Positions 1 to 6,477 of a stretch of DNA of 26,694 bases are shown here, piece by piece. Numbering within the stretch: position 1 is the first letter of the stretch; each line of letters starts with the position of its first letter. A program made the translations under genes and the position numbers. Below the pieces are notes generated by a model. It made no database searches and was not told the origin of the DNA. It saw nothing but the letters and a program-made list of their open reading frames with translations. The DNA is from a virus. Lineage: Duplodnaviria > Caudoviricetes. The stretch lies in the IMG/VR virus record IMGVR_UViG_3300022917_000025, positions 1-26,694 of that record. One strand, written 5' to 3'.

Positions 1-207
1 ACCCGACAGGATACGTTCACCGTCGCCGGGGTAGCGGCTGGCGATTCCGTGACAGTGACGCTTCCTGGAGCGTGGCCCGCGGGCCTATTGAGCACGCCAC
101 CAATCATTGGGACAGGGCAGGTATTCCTGCAGCTCTATAACCCGACTGGAGGCTCGCTCTCCATGGCCGCTGCGAACTTCGTGTTCGACGTGATGCCGTA
201 TCGATGA
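1..207 (+). CDS. C-terminal fragment of probable tail fibre/tail-associated protein (5' partial)
   Basis: Open frame 1 from window start: TRQDTFTVAGVAAGDSVTVTLPGAWPAGLL...LQLYNPTGGSLSMAAANFVFDVMPYR*; beta-rich; TGA overlaps next ATG (ATGA); lies just upstream of lysis genes. Confidence 0.6.
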   Translation, partial: TRQDTFTVAGVAAGDSVTVTLPGAWPAGLLSTPPIIGTGQVFLQLYNPTGGSLSMAAANFVFDVMPYR

Positions 208-581
208 GTGAAAGCACTATTCAACTGACGGAGCCTTTCGTCCCCCGTTTGAAGCGATGGATAGAGGTCGTGATGAGCATTCGAAACGAAAAGGAACGCG
301 GCCCTGATCCGGATTCGCCACTGCTGGGCGATGAGGATGTCGACCGCATCGTTCGCCTTGCAATCAAGTACGGCGGCCATCGGCACTACAGCAATGGAGA
401 CGGCAGCAGTTCGTGGCAGAAGTGGATGGTGACTCTGTGCGGTGGGCTCGCCCTAGCGGGAGTTATCGGCGGCATTGCCATGTATGGCAAGCTGGCCGCG
501 ATCGAGGCCAATCAGGTCAGCCAGCAGCGACAACTAGACCAACTCGCTGGCACGGTCGCAACACTCAGGAGAGCGCCATGA
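204..581 (+). CDS. Single-TM membrane protein with C-terminal coiled coil (lysis region)
   Basis: Hydrophobic segment WMVTLCGGLALAGVIGGIAMY followed by helix LAAIEANQVSQQRQLDQLAG; ATGA overlaps at both ends. Confidence 0.75.
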   Translation: MSESTIQLTEPFVPRLKRWIEVVMSIRNEKERGPDPDSPLLGDEDVDRIVRLAIKYGGHRHYSNGDGSSSWQKWMVTLCGGLALAGVIGGIAMYGKLAAIEANQVSQQRQLDQLAGTVATLRRAP

Positions 582-937
582 ACGAACCAGAACCGACAAT
601 GAACCGGCAGCACCACTCACCAGACAAGTCCATCAAAGAGAACAGCGGAACGCTCGCGCAGGGAGGAAATGCCGAGGTCCACGACCGCACCGGCCTGTAC
701 CTCGCCATCGTTGCGTTCGGCTTCTCCTGCATGGCGATAGGCGCGGCGCTCATCCTGCCGGAACTCTACACAGCGCGCGCGGACGCCGAGGCGATCCGCA
801 TTCAGGGGCTCGCTGAACGAGTGCAGGGCGCAGAGCGAACCGCAGCTCTTGCCCGTGAAGACTTGCGTGTCATTCAGCAGGCGTTGGCCGCTCGCGGCAT
901 TCAGACAGACGAACACGAACAGGAGAAGCGAAAGTGA
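578..937 (+). CDS. Single-TM membrane protein with C-terminal coiled coil (lysis region)
   Basis: ATG 578 overlaps previous TGA, GGAG upstream; TM LYLAIVAFGFSCMAIGAALIL then helical AEAIRIQGLAERVQGAERTAALAREDL. Confidence 0.75.
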   Translation: MNEPEPTMNRQHHSPDKSIKENSGTLAQGGNAEVHDRTGLYLAIVAFGFSCMAIGAALILPELYTARADAEAIRIQGLAERVQGAERTAALAREDLRVIQQALAARGIQTDEHEQEKRK

Positions 938-1128
938 CGCACAGAATAATCATCGTGGAGAACGGGACCGGCCCAGGCGGCAGTGCTTCTAGCACTGTCG
1001 AATACACGCCCAACCACGCAGTGCCCGGCGCTCAGCAGATCCGCAAGGCCGAAAAGGCGGCGAAGGTGCTGGAGAAGCTGAATGACTATCTCTACGGAAG
1101 CGGCCCCGATCCCTACCCGGACGAGTGA
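934..1128 (+). CDS. Hypothetical protein (64 aa)
   Basis: GTG overlaps previous TGA; AGGAG upstream; fills the gap to the PAS gene. Confidence 0.65.
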   Translation: MTHRIIIVENGTGPGGSASSTVEYTPNHAVPGAQQIRKAEKAAKVLEKLNDYLYGSGPDPYPDE

Positions 1129-1129
1129 G

Positions 1130-1564
1130 ATGACCGACGCCCTCGACAAGCTGCGCGAGCTCAACGAGAAACTCTCGGACCGGGTCGTCGTCGACCCCGC
1201 GATGCTCGAGCAGCTTGTCGACTCCTTGCCGGACGGCCTGCTCGTCATCAACGAGCAAGGGCTGATCCAGCTCTGTAACGAGCAGATGGAGCTGATGTTC
1301 GGCTACCCCCGATCGCTGCTGCTGGGCCAACCGGTCCACATGTTGCTGCCGGAAGGCTTGCGCGAGAAACACGCAGGCTACATTGCCCGATACTTCAGCA
1401 ACCCCACGAGTCGCCCGATGCATCTGGCTCAGACGCTCGCCGGCCAGCACCGAAGCGGACGGACCGTGCATGTCCAAATCACCCTCGGGCCGCTCGTCTC
1501 CACCCAAGGCATCCTCGCTCTCGCCGTCATTCGCCGAGTCGATCCGAATGGCCCCGGAAAGTGA
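1130..1564 (+). CDS. Stand-alone PAS domain protein, FixL heme-PAS-like
   Basis: LPDGLLVINEQGLIQLCNEQMELMFGY..LLGQPVHMLLPE.LREKHAGYIARY...GQHRSGRTVHVQITLGP is a typical PAS S-box pattern; no kinase, GGDEF or HTH output domain. Confidence 0.9.
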   Translation: MTDALDKLRELNEKLSDRVVVDPAMLEQLVDSLPDGLLVINEQGLIQLCNEQMELMFGYPRSLLLGQPVHMLLPEGLREKHAGYIARYFSNPTSRPMHLAQTLAGQHRSGRTVHVQITLGPLVSTQGILALAVIRRVDPNGPGK

Positions 1565-1787
1565 GGGCGACTGGAGTGAGTACAGGCGGCTCATTCTCAC
1601 AGAGCTCACCCGCCTCAGCGACGGGATCAGCGAGGTCAAGGGTCAGCTCGGCGCGCTGCACTCGTCCGAGCTTGCGCAGATCAAAGCCGAACTCGCCGTA
1701 TTGCAGTTCAAGAGCGGGCTGTGGGGCTTCGCTGCTGGGGCGATTCCAGGGGCTGCCATGCTTATCTACACGGCGATGAAGCCATGA
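1548..1787 (+). CDS. Coiled-coil protein with C-terminal TM (holin/antiholin-like)
   Basis: MAPESEGDWSEYRRLILTELTRLSDGISEVKGQL...LWGFAAGAIPGAAMLIYTAMKP; overlaps PAS gene end by 17 nt and has ATGA overlap with lysozyme. Confidence 0.7.
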   Translation: MAPESEGDWSEYRRLILTELTRLSDGISEVKGQLGALHSSELAQIKAELAVLQFKSGLWGFAAGAIPGAAMLIYTAMKP

Positions 1788-2203
1788 GCTTCGACCTTGC
1801 TCATCGCTTGGTGTCCGAGGAGGAGGGGCGTATCCCTTATGCCTACCAGGACCACCTCGGGTTCTGGACGATCGGCGTGGGGTGCCTCGTGGACCAGCGC
1901 AAGGGCGGCGGCCTGTGTGATGAGGCGATTGATGCTCAACTTGAGCACGATCTGAAAACCGCTCGTGAGCGCGCCATGGCAATCAACGGCTTCAGTCAGT
2001 GCAACGAGGTGCGGCAGGCCGTCATCGTTTCGATGACATTCCAGCTAGGCTCGCTGGCTTCATGGGTGAACTTCCGCAATGCCCTCGCCGCAGGCGACTA
2101 CAACACCGCAGCAGATCATGGCCTCGATAGCCTATGGGCCAGGCAGACGCCTCAGCGCGCCCAGCGGCAAATGCAAATGTTACGCAGCGGGGAGTGGACA
2201 TGA
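1784..2203 (+). CDS. Endolysin, T4-type lysozyme (GH24)
   Basis: Catalytic E-x8-D-x5-T (EEGRIPYAYQDHLGFWTIGVG) and C-terminal DSLWARQTPQRAQR motif of T4-like lysozymes; no SAR/signal segment. Confidence 0.93.
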   Translation: MSFDLAHRLVSEEEGRIPYAYQDHLGFWTIGVGCLVDQRKGGGLCDEAIDAQLEHDLKTARERAMAINGFSQCNEVRQAVIVSMTFQLGSLASWVNFRNALAAGDYNTAADHGLDSLWARQTPQRAQRQMQMLRSGEWT

Positions 2204-2508
2204 ACGATGACCGGCTTTTGGCTCTTGCCCAAATCCTGCTCTCGGCGATCTACATGATCGGTACGTTCGCTGTGATCCTGATTTACGAGCTCGGGCTTGC
2301 CCGGATGTCAGCCGAGCAGGACAAGTCATTCGGCACGTTCGCGAACTTCCTGACCGGCGGTGCGCTCGTGATCCTCTACTTCTGGTTCCAGCGCATGCGT
2401 GCGGGTGGCATCCCCGCGCCTACCACCACCACGACGACGGAGACTCCCAATGCGACTACCACGACAACCGTACAGCCTCCTGCTACCGCTCCTGCTGCTG
2501 GTCCTTAG
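2200..2508 (+). CDS. Probable holin (2 TM helices, Thr/Pro-rich tail)
   Basis: Two hydrophobic segments, LLALAQILLSAIYMIGTFAVILIY and FGTFANFLTGGALVILYFWF; coupled to endolysin stop by ATGA. Confidence 0.7.
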   Translation: MNDDRLLALAQILLSAIYMIGTFAVILIYELGLARMSAEQDKSFGTFANFLTGGALVILYFWFQRMRAGGIPAPTTTTTTETPNATTTTTVQPPATAPAAGP

Positions 2509-2800
2509 CGCCTGCGCAACGCTGAACGTCCCGGCGCCCACCACCTGGAACCAGCGGGTGCTCGCCGCCTACAACCTCGAGGACGGCATCGTGCAGAGCA
2601 TCCAGACGCTGGCGGTCGCCGGCAAGATCGGCAGGAGCAGTGCCCAGCAGTTTCACGACAAGGCCGTGGATCTCAAGAACGGCATTGACCTTGCGGACCA
2701 GATCCACGGTGGCAATCCAGCCGCAGGCGAGGATGCACTCGCCACGTCCATCAGCGCCCTGCAGGCACTGCAGAGCGAACTCCAGAAGAGGCAGCCATGA
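2450..2800 (+). CDS. Lipoprotein (possible spanin-like outer-membrane lysis factor)
   Basis: GGAG RBS then MRLPRQPYSLLLPLLLLVLSA-C lipobox; helical mature part; overlaps holin 3' end by 59 nt. Confidence 0.75.
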   Translation: MRLPRQPYSLLLPLLLLVLSACATLNVPAPTTWNQRVLAAYNLEDGIVQSIQTLAVAGKIGRSSAQQFHDKAVDLKNGIDLADQIHGGNPAAGEDALATSISALQALQSELQKRQP

Positions 2801-2991
2801 ACAACGCACTGGCCATCGTCACCTTGCTCCTCCAGAACGCCCAGCAGTTGCAGACCTACGGGGGCGTGCTTCACAAGGCGCTGTCTGAAGGTCGCGATGT
2901 GACGGACGAAGAGAAGGCCACCGCGCGCGCATCCCTGCAGGGACACCTCGACGCGCTCCAGTCATTCCTCGACGGTGGGAGTCAGCCATGA
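2797..2991 (+). CDS. Small amphipathic helical protein
   Basis: ATGA coupling at both ends; MNNALAIVTLLLQNAQ...EGRDVTDEEKATARASL. Confidence 0.7.
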   Translation: MNNALAIVTLLLQNAQQLQTYGGVLHKALSEGRDVTDEEKATARASLQGHLDALQSFLDGGSQP

Positions 2992-3131
2992 CGATCCTCA
3001 CGATCACTGTCCTGTTCCTGATCGGCTCGCTCATCGCCTTCATCGCAAACGCGCTGGGTAAGGCGCCTGTCTGGGTCGGCTGCGTGCTGCTCTGGGTCGT
3101 TGTTGCGATTCAGGTGCTGCCCGTGAAGTGA
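2988..3131 (+). CDS. 47-aa two-TM membrane peptide (absent from ORF track)
   Basis: MTILTITVLFLIGSLIAFIANALGKAPVWVGCVLLWVVVAIQVLPVK*; ATGA overlap, GGGAG upstream; last gene of the rightward operon. Confidence 0.75.
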   Translation: MTILTITVLFLIGSLIAFIANALGKAPVWVGCVLLWVVVAIQVLPVK

Positions 3132-3207
3132 TCCCTCGCCTGACAGCCCCAAACCCTCTGGGATCTTTGAAGGCTCGGTTGGATGGCAGCCGCCAAGCGA
3201 GGGGTCA
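3129..3207 (-). terminator. Long irregular hairpin between convergent genes (terminator or RNA-processing site)
   Basis: Minus strand: 3207-3189 pairs with 3147-3129 (18/19, 3 G-U) and 3178-3169 pairs with 3158-3149 (10/10, 3 G-U); no U-tract. Confidence 0.55.
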
Positions 3208-3209
3208 GG

Positions 3210-3503
3210 TCAGGCAGGGTCGGTACTTGACCACGACTCGCCCGGCTGCAATGTCACGCCCTCGCCGTAGATCACCAGGGGACCGGGTCCGTTGTTCGTG
3301 ATATTTACAGGCCCTCTTAGGGCACTCGGGTCTATTTTCACACAGCGCTCAGGTTCGCTCCGTTCCAGCAGCTCGGCTGCGGCTATGATCGGCGGCATGA
3401 AGCGCTCCGTCTCGGCAATGCTCGTGCGATTGGCCAGTTGCGAGTGCAGGTCCTGCGCGACTCCGTACAGGTCACGAAGTACCTTGAGTTCATCATTCGT
3501 CAT
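3210..3503 (-). CDS. Hypothetical protein next to attP
   Basis: Strong RBS AAGGAGG upstream of ATG; 97 aa. Confidence 0.7.
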   Translation of the reverse strand: MTNDELKVLRDLYGVAQDLHSQLANRTSIAETERFMPPIIAAAELLERSEPERCVKIDPSALRGPVNITNNGPGPLVIYGEGVTLQPGESWSSTDPA

Positions 3504-3747
3504 GGGGCGCCTCCTTCACATAGCGTAGCGCCTTCCTCCCGCGCGCGTCGCGCACCTCCATGAGGAGCCTCGATCCGTGGCGGCCGATGACGTGCCCTCC
3601 GCCTGCCTTACTGGGCACGGATCTATACGGAACAGCGCGGACCCCAAGGCTCATATCACGTCTAAGCCCTTGAATAATGGTGGAGGCGGGGGGAATCGAA
3701 GGCACATCCGGTAGCGGAAACACCGCGGTTTCACGTGGAACAGTCAC
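3493..3747 (-). CDS. Possible ORF crossing attP (alternative ATG at 3654)
   Basis: GTG overlaps int TGA, and its end overlaps the start of 3210..3503; no recognisable domain. Confidence 0.3.
   Translation of the reverse strand: MTVPRETAVFPLPDVPSIPPASTIIQGLRRDMSLGVRAVPYRSVPSKAGGGHVIGRHGSRLLMEVRDARGRKALRYVKEAPHDE
3591..3610 (+). repeat. 20-bp direct repeat, copy 1 (putative integrase arm site)
   Basis: CGTGCCCTCCGCCTGCCTTA, identical to 3752-3771; the two copies flank the att core. Confidence 0.75.
3663..3675 (-). promoter_or_regulatory. IHF-like binding site adjacent to att core
   Basis: ATTCAAGGGCTTA, one mismatch to WATCAANNNNTTR. Confidence 0.5.
3678..3700 (-). mobile_element. attP core: duplicated 3' end of tmRNA (ssrA), less likely tRNA-Ala
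   Basis: TTCGATT-CCCCC-CGCCTCC-ACCA = T-loop, T-stem 3' strand, acceptor 3' strand with U70, discriminator and CCA; 43 nt downstream of int stop; 5' part of the RNA gene absent. Confidence 0.85.
3727..3742. promoter_or_regulatory. parS-like palindrome
   Basis: GGTTTCACGTGGAACA; reverse complement TGTTCCACGTGAAACC has one terminal mismatch to TGTTNCACGTGAAACA. Confidence 0.7.
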
Positions 3748-4853
3748 GCCGCGTGCCCTCCGCCTGCCTTAGCTGCCATGCGTGAGCCGGCCTGAAGATC
3801 CGTTTGCGGTATCCACTCGCCGTAGACCTTGAAGATCATCGACGTGTCCTCGTGCCCCATTTGTTCGGCGACCCAGAGCGGGTTTTCGCCACTGGAGAGC
3901 GCCCAGGAGGCGTAGGTATGTCGCAGGTGCTTCGGTGGCCGGTACCGGACGTTTGCCGCTGCACAAGCCTTACGGAAGGCTCGGGCGAGTGCGCGGTCTT
4001 CATGCCAGCGAGCGCCGGTGTTGGGGTTTCGGAATACGGGATCGGACTGCCCGAGCCCCTCAGTGTCTTGGAGAGCGGCCCGCGCGGCGGGAAGAAGATA
4101 GACACTTCGCTCGCCAGATTGCGTCTTTGGTGATTTCGTGCGACCCACACGCACAGCTCGCCGGACGAGAATACAGCCGCGCGCAAGGTCCACGTCTCCC
4201 GCCTGAAGCCCGATAACTTCGCCCGGCCTAAGTCCTGACCACGCCCATGCGGTCCAAAGCTTACCGAGCTCAGTGGCTCCAAGCGCGGCCACTTCGGCCG
4301 GCGTGAAGGGCTGCGGTCGCTCATCGTCTGGCTTTCTGAGCCGGCGGATTTTGAGTTTCGCGAGCGGGTTGCTCTGGAGGTCGCCATCGTCTACCGCCTG
4401 CCCGATCGCGCCGCGCAGGGGAGTGAGCAGGTTGAGAATGCGCTTCTTTGAGAGCGGCAACTGCGCAAGAGCATCCCGCACCTTCGAGCGCGTGAGGGTC
4501 TTGAGGGATTCGCTGGGGAACCAGGAAGCGACAGTAGCCGCGTCCAGTCGGTATTTGTGAAGGGTTTCGGGCTCGAGTTCACCGCTGAGTGTGTCGATGT
4601 ACGCGGCCATCGCTGGGCCGATTGGCGTGCCAACCGAAACTCTCGCACGCTTGCTCTTCGGGAAATGCTTGGCGTAGTCGAAGACGCCAGTCGCAATCTC
4701 ATGCTCTATGACTGCCTTGAGTCGGTTCGCGAACCGCTCGTTTTCTTTCGTCTGTGCGAGTCGAAGTCGCTCACGACACCGTCGTCCTCGCCACCGGAAG
4801 TCAATCTGGAGCGAATCTTTGCCGACCCATCTAACGCCTGGCCCGCGGCCCAT
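3744..4853 (-). CDS. int: Tyrosine integrase with N-terminal arm-binding domain
   Basis: SLQIDFRWRGRRCRERL...FDYAKHFPKSKRA arm domain; catalytic R (SGLRPGE), K (KSPKT), HLRHTYAS, QMGH and Y (FKVYG); ATG 4853 preferred start. Confidence 0.96.
   Translation of the reverse strand: MGRGPGVRWVGKDSLQIDFRWRGRRCRERLRLAQTKENERFANRLKAVIEHEIATGVFDYAKHFPKSKRARVSVGTPIGPAMAAYIDTLSGELEPETLHKYRLDAATVASWFPSESLKTLTRSKVRDALAQLPLSKKRILNLLTPLRGAIGQAVDDGDLQSNPLAKLKIRRLRKPDDERPQPFTPAEVAALGATELGKLWTAWAWSGLRPGEVIGLQAGDVDLARGCILVRRAVRVGRTKSPKTQSGERSVYLLPAARAALQDTEGLGQSDPVFRNPNTGARWHEDRALARAFRKACAAANVRYRPPKHLRHTYASWALSSGENPLWVAEQMGHEDTSMIFKVYGEWIPQTDLQAGSRMAAKAGGGHAA
3752..3771 (+). repeat. 20-bp direct repeat, copy 2 (putative integrase arm site, inside int 3' end)
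   Basis: Identical to 3591-3610. Confidence 0.75.
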
Positions 4854-5011
4854 GCTTCGTACCCCCTGATGCTGATCAGGATACGGTTGTCCGGAGCCTT
4901 GATCCAGACCACATCCTCCAACCACACCCCGCTCGCCATCTTCGCGCGCACGGCATCATCGCCGTAGCCGGTCAGCGAACAGAAGCGGGGGATGGTGATG
5001 AGGTCGATCAC
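4706..5011 (-). CDS. xis: Excisionase
   Basis: ITIPRFCSLTGYGDDAVRAKMASGVWLEDVVWIKAPDNRILISIRGYEAW winged-helix Xis pattern, directly upstream of and overlapping int. Confidence 0.85.
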   Translation of the reverse strand: MIDLITIPRFCSLTGYGDDAVRAKMASGVWLEDVVWIKAPDNRILISIRGYEAWAAGQALDGSAKIRSRLTSGGEDDGVVSDFDSHRRKKTSGSRTDSRQS

Positions 5012-5022
5012 TGCTGTTCCCG

Positions 5023-5157
5023 CTAGGACGTAGCGCTCGCATCGGACGTCGTCCCGATGACGATCATGCCGTCAACAACCTCGATGCTTACGTTGGCCAC
5101 AACGGGCCTCTTGCCGATGAGCAGACGGGCCAGATACCAACGAAATTTATTGATCAT
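5023..5157 (-). CDS. Small hypothetical protein
   Basis: GGAGA RBS then MINKFRWYLARLLIGKRPVVANV. Confidence 0.55.
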   Translation of the reverse strand: MINKFRWYLARLLIGKRPVVANVSIEVVDGMIVIGTTSDASATS

Positions 5158-5189
5158 CGAATCTCTCCAGTTGGAAGAAATATGTTCCG

Positions 5190-5465
5190 CTACCTTGTTG
5201 CGGCTCGCGGCGGCACGGACTTCGCCAATTCCGTCACGTCGTGCACGGCTTGCCGCCACAGCATCGACTGAAACGGCATCGGCACCTGAGCTAGCAGTTC
5301 CAGCGCCTTGTCAGCAACCGAACGCGCATGGATGCAGTTGTGGTGAACCTGCAGGAAATCTTCCCTGAGCCTCTCAATCTCGGCCGCAGCATCTGCATAG
5401 ATCGTATTTTCGAAGTGGCGTTGCACCTCGGCCAGATTTTTCAGCCGCTGCAGGATGTCAGTCAT
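5190..5465 (-). CDS. Hypothetical protein with AAAEIERLR helix
   Basis: MTDILQRLKN...YADAAAEIERLRE; coupled to upstream stop. Confidence 0.7.
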   Translation of the reverse strand: MTDILQRLKNLAEVQRHFENTIYADAAAEIERLREDFLQVHHNCIHARSVADKALELLAQVPMPFQSMLWRQAVHDVTELAKSVPPRAATR

Positions 5466-5698
5466 CACTGTTTTGTCACTCCGTAAGTCGTCATCCGGCG
5501 CAGTGTGCGCTTGTGCTGTTCGCCCTTGCTGACCTTGCGCAGCCTGCCTTCGCCGACGCGCTTCTTGAACTCGTGCGTACGATGTTCGCGCTGCCAGCGA
5601 TTGAACTTCAGCATGAATGACCGGCGGTTCAGGCTCGGCTGCAGGATCTCCTGACATCCGCAGCCCTCGCACGTGACCACCATCGATCCGAGTTTCAT
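5465..5698 (-). CDS. Hypothetical protein, CxxC motif
   Basis: ATGA coupling; CEGCG and HRTH. Confidence 0.6.
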   Translation of the reverse strand: MKLGSMVVTCEGCGCQEILQPSLNRRSFMLKFNRWQREHRTHEFKKRVGEGRLRKVSKGEQHKRTLRRMTTYGVTKQ

Positions 5699-5898
5699 GT
5701 ACGTGCTCCCGTAGTTCTCGGATGTTCGGTCTCGATATCACGCCACTTGTAATGGCCGTGCTGGCAGATCCACGCCTGCTGGAGCACCTTCTCAGCCGGC
5801 GGCGCGGACCACCAGCGCAGGAGTAGGGTGGCTTTGAAAGTGCAACCATCGACTTCGTAGCCGCCTTCCTCGCCAACGTCGGTTGCGTAGACTCTCAC
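5695..5898 (-). CDS. Hypothetical protein
   Basis: GTG 5898 overlaps upstream TGA; stop overlaps next ATG. Confidence 0.55.
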   Translation of the reverse strand: MRVYATDVGEEGGYEVDGCTFKATLLLRWWSAPPAEKVLQQAWICQHGHYKWRDIETEHPRTTGART

Positions 5899-6179
5899 TT
5901 CGTACCTGCTGGTCGACGCAGAGCGCAGCTTTCCAGATGGAACTGCGCGCCATCTCCGAACGTGCACGAGCACTGCGGCTCATCTTCCTTCGAGACCTCA
6001 GCCACGTAGGCTTCGTACATCTCGGGCGTGTAGCACTCACTGCGGTAGTGATAAGTGAAGTTCATGCAGCAGTTCGGGTCGCCGCAGTCGAGCACCCACT
6101 CGTCCGCTTCTTCGAGATCGTCGCTCTCGTAGTCGTCGGAGCGCTCGTCCCAATAATCTTCGTCATCCACGACCGACAC
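5895..6179 (-). CDS. Highly acidic Cys/His-containing protein
   Basis: GGAGG RBS; DDEDYWDERSDDYESDDLEEADE, then CGDPNCC..HYRSEC. Confidence 0.65.
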   Translation of the reverse strand: MSVVDDEDYWDERSDDYESDDLEEADEWVLDCGDPNCCMNFTYHYRSECYTPEMYEAYVAEVSKEDEPQCSCTFGDGAQFHLESCALRRPAGTK

Positions 6180-6477
6180 CTCCGGTTCTCACAGAGTTGC
6201 GTCCGCGCAGTTCCGTGCGGAGCGCCGTCAATTTTCGCTGCAGCTGACCGACTTCGACGCATCGATTCCGTTCGACTTTCTGACTCTGCATCTGCTCATA
6301 GAACCATGCACGAGCGAGGAACTCGGCATCCGCAGGGCGCTGTCCACAGAACATCTGCAGCGCTCGCTTGCGCCAATCCGAGGGCATCGTGAGGCCATTT
6401 TCAAGCTTGATTGTCAAGTACGTGCCCCGCATAAAAGGCAGCTTGAACGTCTTGCCAATAGCAGATTTCCAGCTCAC
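6163..6477 (-). CDS. Hypothetical protein
   Basis: Tiles the operon with overlaps at both ends; C-terminal coiled coil. Confidence 0.6.
   Translation of the reverse strand: MSWKSAIGKTFKLPFMRGTYLTIKLENGLTMPSDWRKRALQMFCGQRPADAEFLARAWFYEQMQSQKVERNRCVEVGQLQRKLTALRTELRGRNSVRTGGVGRG

Noticed and set aside
989-1639. 216-aa minus-strand ORF
   Set aside because: Antisense shadow of the PAS gene
3678-3700. Complete tRNA or tmRNA gene
   Set aside because: Only the T-loop to CCA is present; upstream minus-strand sequence cannot form the T-stem 5' strand or the rest of the molecule, so it is an att core
4854-4925. Longer integrase N-terminus from the ORF track
   Set aside because: Arm-domain similarity begins at MGRG (ATG 4853); the extension lies within the xis core
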